Positions 1 through 11,425 of a DNA stretch of 64,000 bases are shown piece after piece. The position numbers were made by a program, and so were the translations under genes. How positions within the stretch are numbered: the first letter of the stretch is position 1; every line of letters starts with the position of its first letter. The stretch is from contig MU008158.1 in the NCBI GenBank assembly GCA_010909165.1, positions 955,478-1,019,477 of the forward strand. The letters are read 5' to 3'. Below the pieces are notes generated by a model. That model worked only from the letters and a program-made list of their open reading frames with translations. It had not been told where the DNA came from and did not search any database. This DNA is from Anthoceros angustus (Eukaryota; Plantae; Anthocerotophyta).

Positions 1-973
1 GAAGATGCTCAAGCAGCCATGGATCTTGTTTTGCTGAAGATACGGAATGGTATGTGCTATTTCACAATCCTTTGTGAAGTTGCCGTCTTTCATGATGTGA
101 TCTAATATGACTGTATGGTTTGCAGGCCCCCGATTTGCAGAACCATCAGATTCCATGTCCCGCGAGAGCTTGATCTCAATGTTGTCGAGACAGAACCGTC
201 AGTGTTCACTAATTGATCGCCCAGAGGTGGTCCAGCGTTATGCCATTGACTCCTGTCATGCTATTGGTTGTGCGTCAGATGAGGAAGTGTTATCAAGGGT
301 TGAGAAAGAGGTAAAAGTTTGTATATGCTTGTTTTGATTCTTATCACACTGTATTCTTTTGTTGCTACAGTATTCAGTACAAACAGTGGCACACTTGTGA
401 CCAAGAAATGACCCCATGTGACTCAGTTGTAGGTTCTGTCGCTGAGCAGGTGAACAAAAAGGCGGTGGATTTTGTTTGGGCACATCTGTCAGACTTGAAT
501 ACCTTCTATGAAGAACGAGCCAGGGACCCTGAGAAAGTGGCAGCTCTTGCTGCCGAACATGCCGCCTTTATGACTTGCAGGGAAGGCACTGCAGACCATT
601 CGCATCCTCCGATCAGTGAGCAGCTGAAGGCGGAACTATGTAAACTGGATCGGCGTGTAAAAAGGGTGCATTGTGCATTGCCGGTGAACACTATGATGAT
701 AGTGGTCACGGGTCACGGGGATACTGCCGGTACTCGCAGGTATGCATCGCCTTGGCTTTTGGTTGAGGAAGTCATCTTCCTCCCTGAAATTCTTCCTCAC
801 AGTATTCCATCGTTTGCAGATTGCAACAGTTGAAGTGGATGAAAACGGCTCCTGACGGTGCAGAGAGCTGGCAACATTCTGCCGATTCTTTATTGGAAGA
901 CGTCCAAGCTCGATCAGCGGTAGGCCTAGGATTCTTTTGTATAAAAATGGAAGCTCCAAACTCGGAGAGCTAG
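1..973 (+). CDS. 3' part of small-RNA-degrading nuclease / REXO1-type DEDDh exonuclease (SDN5-like), multi-exon, 5' end outside window
   Basis: The first exon reads EDAQAAMDLVLLKIRNG (end of exonuclease ExoIII region). Later exons give LDRRVKRVHCALPVNTMMIVVTGHGDT and ...QARSAVGLGFFCIK, typical of the plant SDN5/REXO C-terminus. GT-AG introns are present; stop TAG at 971-973. Confidence 0.75.
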
Positions 974-1002
974 TCCTAGTCTTTGGTAAGCGTATAGTGA
1001 CC

Positions 1003-1464
1003 CTAAGGGTCGATAGGAGGCACATACGGACTGGTATCGAAGCTGTCGAAGCCGTATCGGAGGCTACAGCTTGGATTTGAAATGTGAGCGATAAATGCAT
1101 TTCGGCACTCGGAGTAAATCTTCTTGTCTAATTCCTGAAGGCAGAAGGTACACTCCCCGGGAGCAGTCAGTTTCGGAGCGCAATAGCCTTCTGCATAGAC
1201 GGTGAAGCAATAGCCGTCTTCGTCCGTGACATCGGCGGAAGTCCTGTAGTAGGTTGTGCTATTCGCGTGGTCCAAAACGTCATTGACAGCTGCAACAGTC
1301 GCTTGGTTGTAGGGACTATGGACAGCGAAACTGAAGTTGAAGCACTGCTTGTTGATCGGCTTCAACTCGACTTCTGCGCGAGTTATGCTGCCTGTGCACA
1401 AGAAATGGTAAGCGTACAAATTGGCCAATAACGCCGGATAGAGGAACTGCTTCAAAGTTGCCAT
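1003..1464 (-). CDS. Secreted single-domain Gnk2/DUF26 (ginkbilobin-2-like) protein
   Basis: Hydrophobic N-terminus; VYAEGYCAPKLTAPGECTFC (C-x9-C-x2-C variant); C-terminal C...SCSLRY; intronless. Confidence 0.85.
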   Translation of the reverse strand: MATLKQFLYPALLANLYAYHFLCTGSITRAEVELKPINKQCFNFSFAVHSPYNQATVAAVNDVLDHANSTTYYRTSADVTDEDGYCFTVYAEGYCAPKLTAPGECTFCLQELDKKIYSECRNAFIAHISNPSCSLRYGFDSFDTSPYVPPIDP

Positions 1465-2120
1465 CGCTTTGCCTTGTCCCTACACTGTTCAAGCTACAGA
1501 CTGCAGGAGCAAATGTGCTTGAATATGTAGCCACGGATGGCCGACGAGATTGCTTGTTCCATGCTCTGTCTGCAGCCGTTTTGAGTTTTTGACTGCTTTC
1601 TCAAGCTGAGTCGAGAAGATTCTGTTTCAACGAGAGACTTTCGGATTTCAAGGAGGAAATATCAGCATCGGCGATTCCCTGTTGGCTGGGACCTGGGGAA
1701 ACGAGAACATCTTACTCGGCACCAGTGCCTGACGCAAGTTAGAGGAGTCCTCCCGAAATTGGTAGCGCAACTGTATCCTTCCCACGCAGAAGCGCTTGGT
1801 TGAAGTTCCACGTTTGGTCCATCCAGCGCACGAATCGGGATGAGTTTCAGATTCCAGACTGTGTACAATGTCATGAAATGCAAGTGATGCGATGTCAATC
1901 TGTGGACAAACATTGCGTACGGTGGAGGATGCAACAACAAACTTCAAACAAATTTCCCTCAGCAATTGGCATCAATTGGCGATGCAGGTTGCCATAGGCA
2001 AGCAGGAGCACAGCAAGTTTGTAGGAAAACTTTACAAATGTCAAGAAGCACAATTGCTCTAAATCGAAGGCGGCTTCAGCCTAGTGATCGTGCAAGTTAT
2101 GTGAAGCACCGACGCGCCCG

Positions 2121-2580
2121 CTAACATGGAGAAAGGACGGTGCTCGGAAATGCGTAGTCTTGGTATCGAACGTAACAGGATTCTACCCGAGAACGGCCGC
2201 CGGTGCGGTTCGGGCCACACGCTATAACCAGGGCGCTGTAGACGAACTTTAGGCATTCAGTGCATTCCGATTTCGTCAAGCTTATGCCGCAAATGCCTTC
2301 CGCGTAAACAGTTGTGCCTCCTCCCGCATCCTGGCTGGTCTGGAAATGGTAGGTTGCGGGCGTCGTGTGCTCGAGCACCTCGTCTACCACGCTCCTCACG
2401 GTGGAAGTGTAGGCATCGCTCACCTCGCTCCCTGAGGTGGTGCAGACGTGATCCGGGCAAACGGTGCTATCCCAGGCTGCACCTGCAAACGGCAGGTTTC
2501 TCACGCTCAGGTAACTGACAGCCAACAGTAGCACCAAAACCACCTCCATCTTCTGCCCCCGCGCTTTCAGACCTGACATG
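2121..2580 (-). CDS. Secreted single-domain Gnk2/DUF26 protein
   Basis: Signal-like VVLVLLLAVSYL; VYAEGICGISLTKSECTEC (C-x8-C-x2-C); GGRSRVESCYVRYQDYAF. Start could be either of two nearby ATGs. Confidence 0.9.
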
Positions 2581-3492
2581 CCGAAACCACAGGAAGCTGC
2601 CAACTCTTGCGTCCACATTGTAAGTCCCTGGTACTTACTCTTTTTATGACTCTATAGAATCCGGTCACCCGTAAATGAGGTTAGATAGGCCGAGAAAACC
2701 ATGATACTCTTAAAAAACAGGATATTCTATACCCTGACGAGCCTGACGACACACCTTGAAGTTTTTTATGGTTACATTTGTGCCAGCCAAGATAATATTT
2801 AAAAATAATTAAAAATAATTTTTACCTAAGATTTAAACTTTAGTCACTTTCAGTATCTACTCTTATTTAAATATAGATTTCAGGATTAAACGCAATCAGT
2901 AACTTTGTTTACAAAGATTATTTATTTTTTATAATAAGATTAAAGATTTTCTAGATATTTTATCAACATATAATAACTCTCAGAATGTGTGACAATATGA
3001 GGTAGAACTTATATATTCTAAAAAAATAATTTTATATCCTACAACATGTGGTGGATTAACAAACTAGGAAACCTACAAATTTATCACTACAACATCAAAA
3101 ATAAAATATTTTTCAAATAAAATAAGTAAGTAGGTACCTAGTCTATCTCTATCTAACTCATTGCATGTAAAAGTACGTCAAAAAGAGCTAATCTTCTACA
3201 TCTAGAAAAGAACTAATCATAAAAATAACAATTGATCTAAATGTTCACCAAAATGAATTATTTTTTTATTAAATTAATTTTTCTTACATCCTCACCAACT
3301 TATCTGTTACGTATTCTATTTACATCCTCGCCAACTTATCTATTAGGTATTCTATCTATGAAACATAAATCTCCGTAATACTTCGGCCTTCAGCATCTCT
3401 TTCGAACCAAAACATTTGGAAATCAACATATATATACTTGCAAGTTTCATCTCTTCAACTTGTTGCGAGTTGGGAGATATTGCAAGTTATAA

Positions 3493-3888
3493 TTAGAATG
3501 CATAACTCTCAAATCTAACTAAACAATCATATACTTCATATCGTCCACCTCTTTTGTCTTTGCAGTCAGTGGAGAGGATATTTGCTAAAGTTTTAAGACA
3601 TTGTGTGCAGTCACTTTTTGAGATTGTTTGTGCGCAACTCCCTTCGCCATAAGCTCTAACACCTTCAACTACGTTAAATGTCTTGTAATACTTTGAGTTT
3701 GATAAGGTTGTGTTTGCAACCACATTGTTTAGAACACCATCTCTGGCTTGTCTATAATAGTCATTACTGATGGGCATATCTAAAGCATTGCAAACTTTTA
3801 TCACATATTTATAATTTATTGCACTTATTTTCAATGTATAAGATATCAAACATATGAATAAAAATAAGCATATACTTACTCTAATCAT
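3493..3888 (-). CDS. Secreted single-domain Gnk2/DUF26 protein (AT-rich copy)
   Basis: Signal peptide MIRVSICLFLFICLISY; AYGEGSCAQTISKSDCTQC; GGRYEVYDCLVRFESYAF. Confidence 0.9.
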   Translation of the reverse strand: MIRVSICLFLFICLISYTLKISAINYKYVIKVCNALDMPISNDYYRQARDGVLNNVVANTTLSNSKYYKTFNVVEGVRAYGEGSCAQTISKSDCTQCLKTLANILSTDCKDKRGGRYEVYDCLVRFESYAF

Positions 3889-4299
3889 GATGATAATCTT
3901 TTAAAGTTTTTTTGTAATCGTAGTATGAGAGTAAAAATATTTAATAATGTTTTAAATAGAAATTATATAGAATTTCATAGACAAATAGTTTAGTAAAAAT
4001 AAAGTAAAATATATATTAAAAAAATAAAAACTGAACGGAGCTAGGAACAACAACCTCTTAGAAGAGAATGATAAGCCAAGGGCAAGAAGGAGTAGCTAAC
4101 ACAAGCCAGAAGGGCCCAGTTTCTCTAAAACTAAATTGGGAAAAGAGCAATCTTTCATAGACAGTCATAAATATCTTTTAAAAATGCTCTATAAATAGAA
4201 TACGACTAATATTATTTAAAATATAAAATAAAATTCCCGTTTAGAGTTGGATACCTCAGGAGTAAAACCTGGGTCTTGTACAGGACAACAGCATCTGAG

Positions 4300-4833
4300 T
4301 TACGGAGGTGATGGGCTTGCAGACGGAAGTGCGTTCGGATCGGTTTGGTCTTGAGGGGGGTTGGTTAAGGTGCATTTCTCTGGAGCGCCTTTCTTGTAGG
4401 GAACGTCCTCGAATGGGTAGGACTCGTAGCGAAGGTAACAGCTACGGAGGCGGATGCGGGCCCCGAAGGCGCCGCGGCAGGAGGTGAAGATGATGTCGGA
4501 GAGGAAACGCAAGCACTGCGTGCAACGCGGGAAGCCCATGTAACCCGCGCAGCTACCCTGGGCGAAGACGGTAGCCGATGCCCGGTTTTCCACCAGCGTG
4601 TTGCTATCGTGAAACTCCGGCACTTCGCTACTGGCAGCAGCCACCACCTTGGCCACTACCGCCCGCGCTGCCTTCTCGTACACGCTGCCCGGCCTGAACC
4701 TCGTCGCGCTGCACAGTTGGCACAGGCGGGAGTAGTCCAACCGGCCGAGCTGCGCCTCGGCCCTCTGCATTATGAGCAGCTGTAGCACAAGCAGCAGCGG
4801 CAGCCCGACCCCACGCCTCCCCGCCCTGTCCAT
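4300..4833 (-). CDS. Secreted single-domain Gnk2/DUF26 protein with Pro-rich tail (GC-rich copy)
   Basis: Signal LPLLLVLQLLIMQRAEA; VFAQGSCAGYMGFPRCTQC; GARIRLRSCYLRYESYPF; tail ending PSASPSPP. Confidence 0.9.
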   Translation of the reverse strand: MDRAGRRGVGLPLLLVLQLLIMQRAEAQLGRLDYSRLCQLCSATRFRPGSVYEKAARAVVAKVVAAASSEVPEFHDSNTLVENRASATVFAQGSCAGYMGFPRCTQCLRFLSDIIFTSCRGAFGARIRLRSCYLRYESYPFEDVPYKKGAPEKCTLTNPPQDQTDPNALPSASPSPP

Positions 4834-6949
4834 GGCCTTCGTTCTTCTCAAGTTGTTTCTTTCGGTTTACGCCCGCTTGTTAAATGGATTGCAGCTGGAG
4901 CTGGAATGGCTTCCGGAAAGTATTCCAGAATCTTTGTATCGTTTTGCTGCGCTGGAATAACGAGCCCCGGCCCCCAGGTGTTCCCTCTTGGCTGGCTTTG
5001 CGTGTCCGTGCATGTCATGGGAAGGTAGGTGAAATGCTTGAATCCCATGTGTGGAGTTGCGGTAGTCCAGATTGGGATGTGTGTTCCACATTGCAGCTAC
5101 GTTTAGTCCAGATCGGAGCTATGTGTAGGCTAGGTCTGGATTGAATTTGCAGCTATGCGTGGGATTGTGTTTTCTGTTATCTGCACAGCGCTGGCTATGG
5201 AGAGGAGAGAGATGGATACCGTTTGCACCTCCATGATTGTGGAAGGCGTCGAGTCGAGGGCTTCGGACAGTTCGTTCCTTCACCGTACGTTTTGTATGCT
5301 TCACGCACCACAAAACAGCAATCACCACATGGGAGACGATGGTGTAAGGATATGGATTGAATTGGTATCACACATCTACGTTGCGGCAGTTCGACATGCT
5401 GCTTTTGAAGAATGTAGGGCATTTCTTCGTGCTGCAATGGCTGTGGAAGCGAATGTTCCTTCGTAGGCACTGGCTTCGTGTTTTGCCGCGGCAGAGGAGC
5501 TGGCAAAAGCAGCTGCAGAACTCCTTGGTGCCGTTGGTTGCAAGGTAGGCTAGTGAAGGCCCGGCCAGGGCGATAGGAGGGCAGGTCCTGACTGGAGGAC
5601 GTTACGTGAGTGCTTTAAGGAGGTACTTGTGCTTTTGCGGCTCGTGGCGGTAACGGATGCCGTGATGTTGGCGTTGGAACATCACTGACTCAATTCCAGC
5701 ACTGTATATGAATCAGGTGGTGACTTGGCAGAATTCGGTCATGACGTCATCGGCTTGTAGTTCAATGTCCGGTACTATCCGGCCAAGGGTGTCACTATCT
5801 GGACAGGAACTCTGCGGTGTCATGCCTACTATTCAGGCATGACATTGATCGAGTGGTTTTCTAAAGGGTGAATCTGATAGTGGCGGTGGTCCTGACCTCT
5901 TGTGGTTATGAAGAAGAGACACGAAATTTTCTGGTTGCAAAACGACCAAATTGGTGGGAGGTCTTTGGGCCGGGGGTGAAATGGTAAATGGTGACAGTTG
6001 GGGGACCCAGTGGTGGCGGCCATGCTTGTGGTCCATTCACCTGTGGGTGGCTGCCTGTATTTATATGGTGGCGTCCGTCTGGATATGCAGCTGACTGCAC
6101 CGACTTACCGATGGAATTCGGGGAAGGGCATGCAGGGAAGGCGGGACCGGAGCAGTCTGCCTCTGTTGTCGGATGGATCGCTGAATCATGTGATAGCAAT
6201 AAAAAAATTGGGGCAGGTGTTTACTGTTCGGTGCATATACTGATTGGCATGCGTCTTCCTCATTCCTTCACCAACAGGTAGCAGATCTGCTTGCCCTCCC
6301 CTGCCTCCTGCTGGATTGCTTGGAGTGCTCCTCAGACCCCAGGGGAGGATTTGTGGGGGGTCTAACGGTGGTGTGCTCGAATTGGGCTTGGGTGCCGGAT
6401 TGGCTGGTTTTCTCGCTTCGTGGGGCGGGGGCCGGCCTGTCCGCGTCCCTGTTGTCTGTTTCTCATGTTAGGAGGTCGTTGAATTCGCCATCTCTGGCTT
6501 GACTACCTCGGTTCTCTCTCTAGGCACTCGGCTGCATCCGCCCAGGACAAAAACGCCGTTGATGCAGAGGCCTTGCCAGTCTGCCTTGCGATTGTGACTT
6601 TCTGCAACTTGCTGCCTTCACCCTTTTCCATCTTGTGCGTCCTATGTGTTTCGCACAAGCTTTCCGTTTCCAATGCTTATCTAGGCTCTCCTGGGAATGG
6701 GAGCTTTCTGTTACCTGTCGACAGTTCGAGGACTGCCAAGGGTGTGGCGCGTGAATTTGTGTCGTATTTCGTATTCATGAAGAAACGTCGCAAGGAGGAT
6801 TGATGGCTTGCTCTACCTGGTGTGCTGTGGATTGAGGTGTTGGCATCGCCCTTTTGGAAGATGCTATGCGGACCGAAGATCATTCTCCACATGCAATTGC
6901 GTGATCTTGATTGAAGTGTTGGGCCAGGATCGCCATTTGGAAGGGGATC

Positions 6950-9530
6950 ATGGTAAACATAGTAGATGTGAGAGAGAGCTCAAGACATGCATCCCGAGGG
7001 GATGAATGGTTGCTAGACCCTCCACTATCATTATCTCAGAAGTTCTACATCGAGCCCTGGAGTCAGGAGGTGCTGCTGGTAGCGCTCATCTCTGTAGTCC
7101 TCCTTTCCTCCTGTGCTGAAGCCGCTGCTTCTTGCGCAACCACTTGTGGCAACGTCAGCATCCCCTACCCCTTTTCCACTTCTCCTGGATGTGGTCTTCC
7201 TCAGTTCAACCTTAGTTGCTCAGCCACGGTACGGGGCTCACCAAATCTGAAGTTCAATGGTAGCGGAGAAGCTGGCCCTCTTTTCCCGTTTCTGGACACT
7301 CCTAGCGGCGCTTTCCAGGTCACAGACATCACCTTCTCGTCTGTCATCATCAATGTTACGAACTTGAAAGCTGAATCCTGTGTCGGCCCTCTCGTAGCTG
7401 CTGGCAATACTTCCTTCTTCCTGGACCCTGAATCTCCCTACGCTCTCTCTGGCAACAACCTCTTCTTTGTGAATGGCTGCAACTCGGCTGGCAATGTGAG
7501 CACTGACGTTTCCAATGGGACAAGCTGTCAAACCGACTGCATCAACATCCCGCCCACCAACCGCTTCTGCAACATTTACCAGTGTTGCATCTCTTCCTTG
7601 CCTGTAGGTGCGAGGAAGGTGGTGATATATGGGGGTGGTATTAAGTATCAGGTAGGAGGGTGCGGCTTTGCAAGCATGGTCTATCCGCCCAGTTACAGTA
7701 CAGACAATCAGAGTATTATCGGTGAAGGCCAGTATGGGTTGGAGCTGTCCTATACTGTGGGGAACACTTCCTGCTCCAATATCACTGACGTCTCCTCCAC
7801 TTGCTCTGGAAATGCAACCTGTCACGATGTGGACGGACTTTCTGGATATGTCTGCGAGTGTGATCCAGCTGCATATGTAGGGGATGGCTACTTACGTGGT
7901 TCGGGTTGCTCTGGTGAGATCCGTCTTCCCTTATTTTGCCTCAGGCTCTACAATTTTGTCAGTGAAGAACTGACCTGGCATGTTTCAAGCCTCCTCCATC
8001 TTGCAGATCTGGATGAATGCACGGCCCGGAGCACAAACAAATGTGCTGCTGACGCAGACTGCATCAACACAGTGGGAGGGTATAACTGTACCTGCCTAAG
8101 CGGATACGCTGGTGATGGCTTCGCGAATGGAACCGGCTGTGTGCTTGCCCGCAATAATCAGAAGGGGACCATTGTATTTATACTGGGTGTGAACCTGTCC
8201 CCCCACCTGCTGTTCTCAGCTTCTGCAATGAGAGGACCAGGCTTTGCGTGTCTCATTGCGACTTGGTGTAGTAACTATCTGCGTGGAATGTTGTGCAGTT
8301 TCCGTGATGGTTATCGGCATCTTTGGTTTAACAGCGCTGCTATTGAGGTGCTACTTCCATTTCCGTCACAGGAGACGGAAAGCAACGCAGAAGTCTGAAG
8401 CAGCTATCACAAGTATAGCCAAGTACACTGCTAGCAACTTGAAGTCTCTAAACAGTCACAGGGAGATGCTACATCGGAGTCAAAAAACAGAGGGCGATCA
8501 TTTGCTCACTCTAGAAGAGTTGGAAAAAGCCACTCAGAACTTCTCTGACGAGAATAAGGTGGGGACAGGGGGCTCCGGAACAGTGTACAAGGGCATCCTG
8601 GAACAAGGCACTGTGGTGGCCATCAAGAAAACTAACTGTGTTGGGATTGAGAACATCGAGCAGTTCTTCAACGAAGTCACGGTGCTGTCTCAAGTGAACC
8701 ACCGCAACCTGGTGAAGCTTATAGGTTGCTGTATCGAGACGGAAGTGCCCATGGTGGTGTACGAGTATGTTGCCAATGGCACACTGTATGACTATCTTCA
8801 AGGTTTGAAAGGGTGCAACCCTCTAAACTGGGACGACAGGCTGCGAATAGCCATCGAAACAGCCGAGGCGCTGGCATATCTTCACTCTGCGGCCTCCCCA
8901 CCCATCTACCATCGTGATGTCAAGTCAGCCAACGTCCTGCTTGACGAGTTTCTCACAGCCAAGGTGGCAGATTTTGGGCTTTCGAAGCTTGTCCCAGCTG
9001 ATGTCACACATGTGTCAACTGTGGTGAAGGGCACTCCAGGATACATCGATCCTGAATACTACCTGAACTACCAGGTCACAGATAAGAGCGACGTGTACGG
9101 CTTTGGTGTCATCCTCTTGGAGCTCATCACTGGGCAAAAGCCTGTGGACTTCTCCAGGGACTCCAAGAGTATCAGTCTTGCAAGCATGGCCCTAGCCTAC
9201 ATCAAGAGGGGGGCTTTGGCAGAACTCGTGGACCCGCTTATGCAGGTGGACGAATTCGAAAGACTGGATCAGATACAAAGCGTGAGAAAAGTTGCAGACG
9301 TGGCCGTTACCTGCTTGGCTTTCCAGAGGGTGGAGAGACCAACTATGAAAGAGGTAGTGGAGAAACTGGCTCGGATCAGGGGTGGGTTGTTGAATTTCAG
9401 CAGCAGGTCCTCCTCTAGTCCTGCACCTCCCTTTCCTCGTCATACTCCTCCTTGTTCTGGTGACCATGTGCTCGACGACGGGGAACCTCTTTCACAATTA
9501 GACTGGAGAGAGTCATCTCTCCTTCGATGA
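6950..9530 (+). CDS. WAK: Wall-associated receptor kinase (GUB_WAK + EGF + Ca-EGF + TM + RD kinase), 3 exons
   Basis: CATTCGNVSIPYPF (GUB_WAK); CSGNATC..GYVCEC and DLDEC..CINTVGGYNCTC (EGF); TM segment split by an intron; kinase GTGGSGTVYKG, VAIKK, HRDVKSAN, DFGLS, GTPGYIDPEY. Introns at about 7914-8007 and 8187-8298. Confidence 0.95.
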
Positions 9531-9811
9531 ACTTCATGTCCAGAAGGACTAAATATATTAGATGCTGTGCCACAGTAGTACCGCAAAGAGGGATTTTTGC
9601 AGAACCCAAAAATTGTTTTGAAGTCATTGTACAAAGAGACCTACATGACTGGGTCACCTATTGTTCGAATCAGTGAACAACTAACATGCTTGTTCACGTA
9701 GACATCTTGATGCCTCCCTATACACTAAAACTACCAACACTGACAGATTCACGACACAAGTCATTGTTTGATTAGATTACAACTTGCAACAGATGGTGGG
9801 AGTCTGAAGCC

Positions 9812-10861
9812 CTAAGCAGCCTTCTTCTGGTTGTTGACAGCAGCGTCAGAGTGACCATTCTGCGCGACACCCTTCTGAGGAGCTTTCTTGTGCACATTCC
9901 GCTCCTCGAAGTACTTCTCCAAAGCCCGGGGCAAGAACATGGGAACCAAGAATGCAAAGAGATTAAGGGAGTAGTAGACGAAGTTGGCCAGTGCCAGTCC
10001 TCTCCCAAACCACACCCACGCGTTGTCCTGCAAGAGAAAGCGTGCATGCTGCGTTGGAGATTAGTTCCAACCGACCACGTACACAACAAACAAACAGCAA
10101 AGCACAGCCTTATCCTTGCTAAGGAAGTCTACTTAAAGGCCCTGAGGTTAAGAGTACTCACAGCAAATTTGGGGTGGTGATGATGGGGCGGATGCACATG
10201 CTCATGCCTGAACGTGGCATTCAACCAGGCTGTGAGGGAGAAGAGGCGCCTGCCGGTGTAGAGGATCGGGAGGATTGCTCTCACTGGTAAGGAGAAAATG
10301 CTCATGCCAGAAATCAAATTCTCACTCAACACCTGGAATGACAGCAGGAAGAGATGTGGAGTGGCCGCTCGCACCGCCTCCTGATCTCCCCTTGCGAAGC
10401 CGCCCAACACATACGCCAAAGGCAGAAACAGGCCGATAATCGTTCCCGCCACGACGTATCTGCACTCCAACACGCACTTGTAAGCATCCGGCACCTTTAC
10501 CAAACATCGAAACCTCAGCCTCCAGCGGAAGCTCAGCTCAGCGCAGCGCAGCCTGGTGAACTCACATTTGGAAGAGGCGGTTGCCCTTGAACACCTCAGC
10601 CGAGCTCTCCTTACTGTACTTCGGAAACACCGTATTCGACAGCACGAGGGCGTACAAGGTGACGAACACGGGGAACACCAGGTCCAGAACGGGGACCAAG
10701 CCACTAGCGGAGAAGACAACAATGAAGGCAACCAGCTGCAGCTCCACGATCCGCAGCGATCCCATGACGCCTCCCACGCTCCCTCCCTGGTCCTCAATCC
10801 GCTGCCGGAGCTCCCCCGTCTTCCCCGCCCTGGGGCCTGCTGCCAGCGTTGCCCCCGACAT
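9812..10861 (-). CDS. Conserved plant multi-pass membrane protein of unknown function (At1g27990/At5g52420-like), 3 exons
   Basis: GGVMGSLRIVELQLVAFIVVFSASGLVP; LFLPLAYVLGGFARGDQEAVRAATPHLFLLSFQVLSE; WFGRGLALANFVYYSLNLFAFLVPMFLPRA. Two GT-AG introns join the ORF fragments. Confidence 0.8.
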
Positions 10862-11174
10862 GGCTGCTGCTAGGATTTCACAATTCACGTCTCACGACTC
10901 AAGCCCGGGGCCACTCAATGCGCAGCAAGGCCGAGCAGCGGATGCGGCTCCGAGAAGACTGAGCTGCACCCCGCGCGCACGTCTCGGATTTGCCTTCACA
11001 AGGGCCAAGAATTTGCAGAGATTCTGCGCGGATTCTGCATCAAACAAACAAGCTGGCCTGCAGCCAAGGGCTTCCGAAGGTGCCGAGAGCAGGAAGACCG
11101 CGCACAGAAGTAGGCGCAGGGGAGGAAGAAGGAGGCAGCATGGTGGCCGCGCGGAAGTGGCAAGCGGTGCGGCC

Positions 11175-11201
11175 GCCACGTTGAATCCTGAAGGACGCGT
11201 G
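11175..11201 (-). promoter_or_regulatory. ABRE (ACGTGGC on minus strand) plus CE3-like ACGCGTG upstream of the 9812-10861 gene
   Basis: gccacgt at 11175-11181 and acgcgtg at 11195-11201, with further CACGT cores at about 10886 and 10978. Function is inferred only. Confidence 0.35.
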
Positions 11202-11425
11202 GAGTCTGCTGCCGGCGTTTAATTAGGCGGACGGCACCACAACCACAGCCACAAGCGGAACCGGGACCGGCCGGCCCGGCTGAACCAGTTCCCACGCTTT
11301 TGCCCCCTCGCTCCCGCTGTGAACACTCGCTCGCGCTCCCCCGTGTCCTGCCCTGCTCTCTGTAGTGCGCACCCTCGCGGGAGGGTAAAATACATAATCG
11401 CATTTCTCCTTTCGATTTCTTCACG

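Noticed and set aside
5818-5844. Perfect 10-bp hairpin tgtcatgcct-N7-aggcatgaca
   Set aside because: Too short for a miRNA precursor, with no adjacent CTRR or TSD; cannot be assigned.
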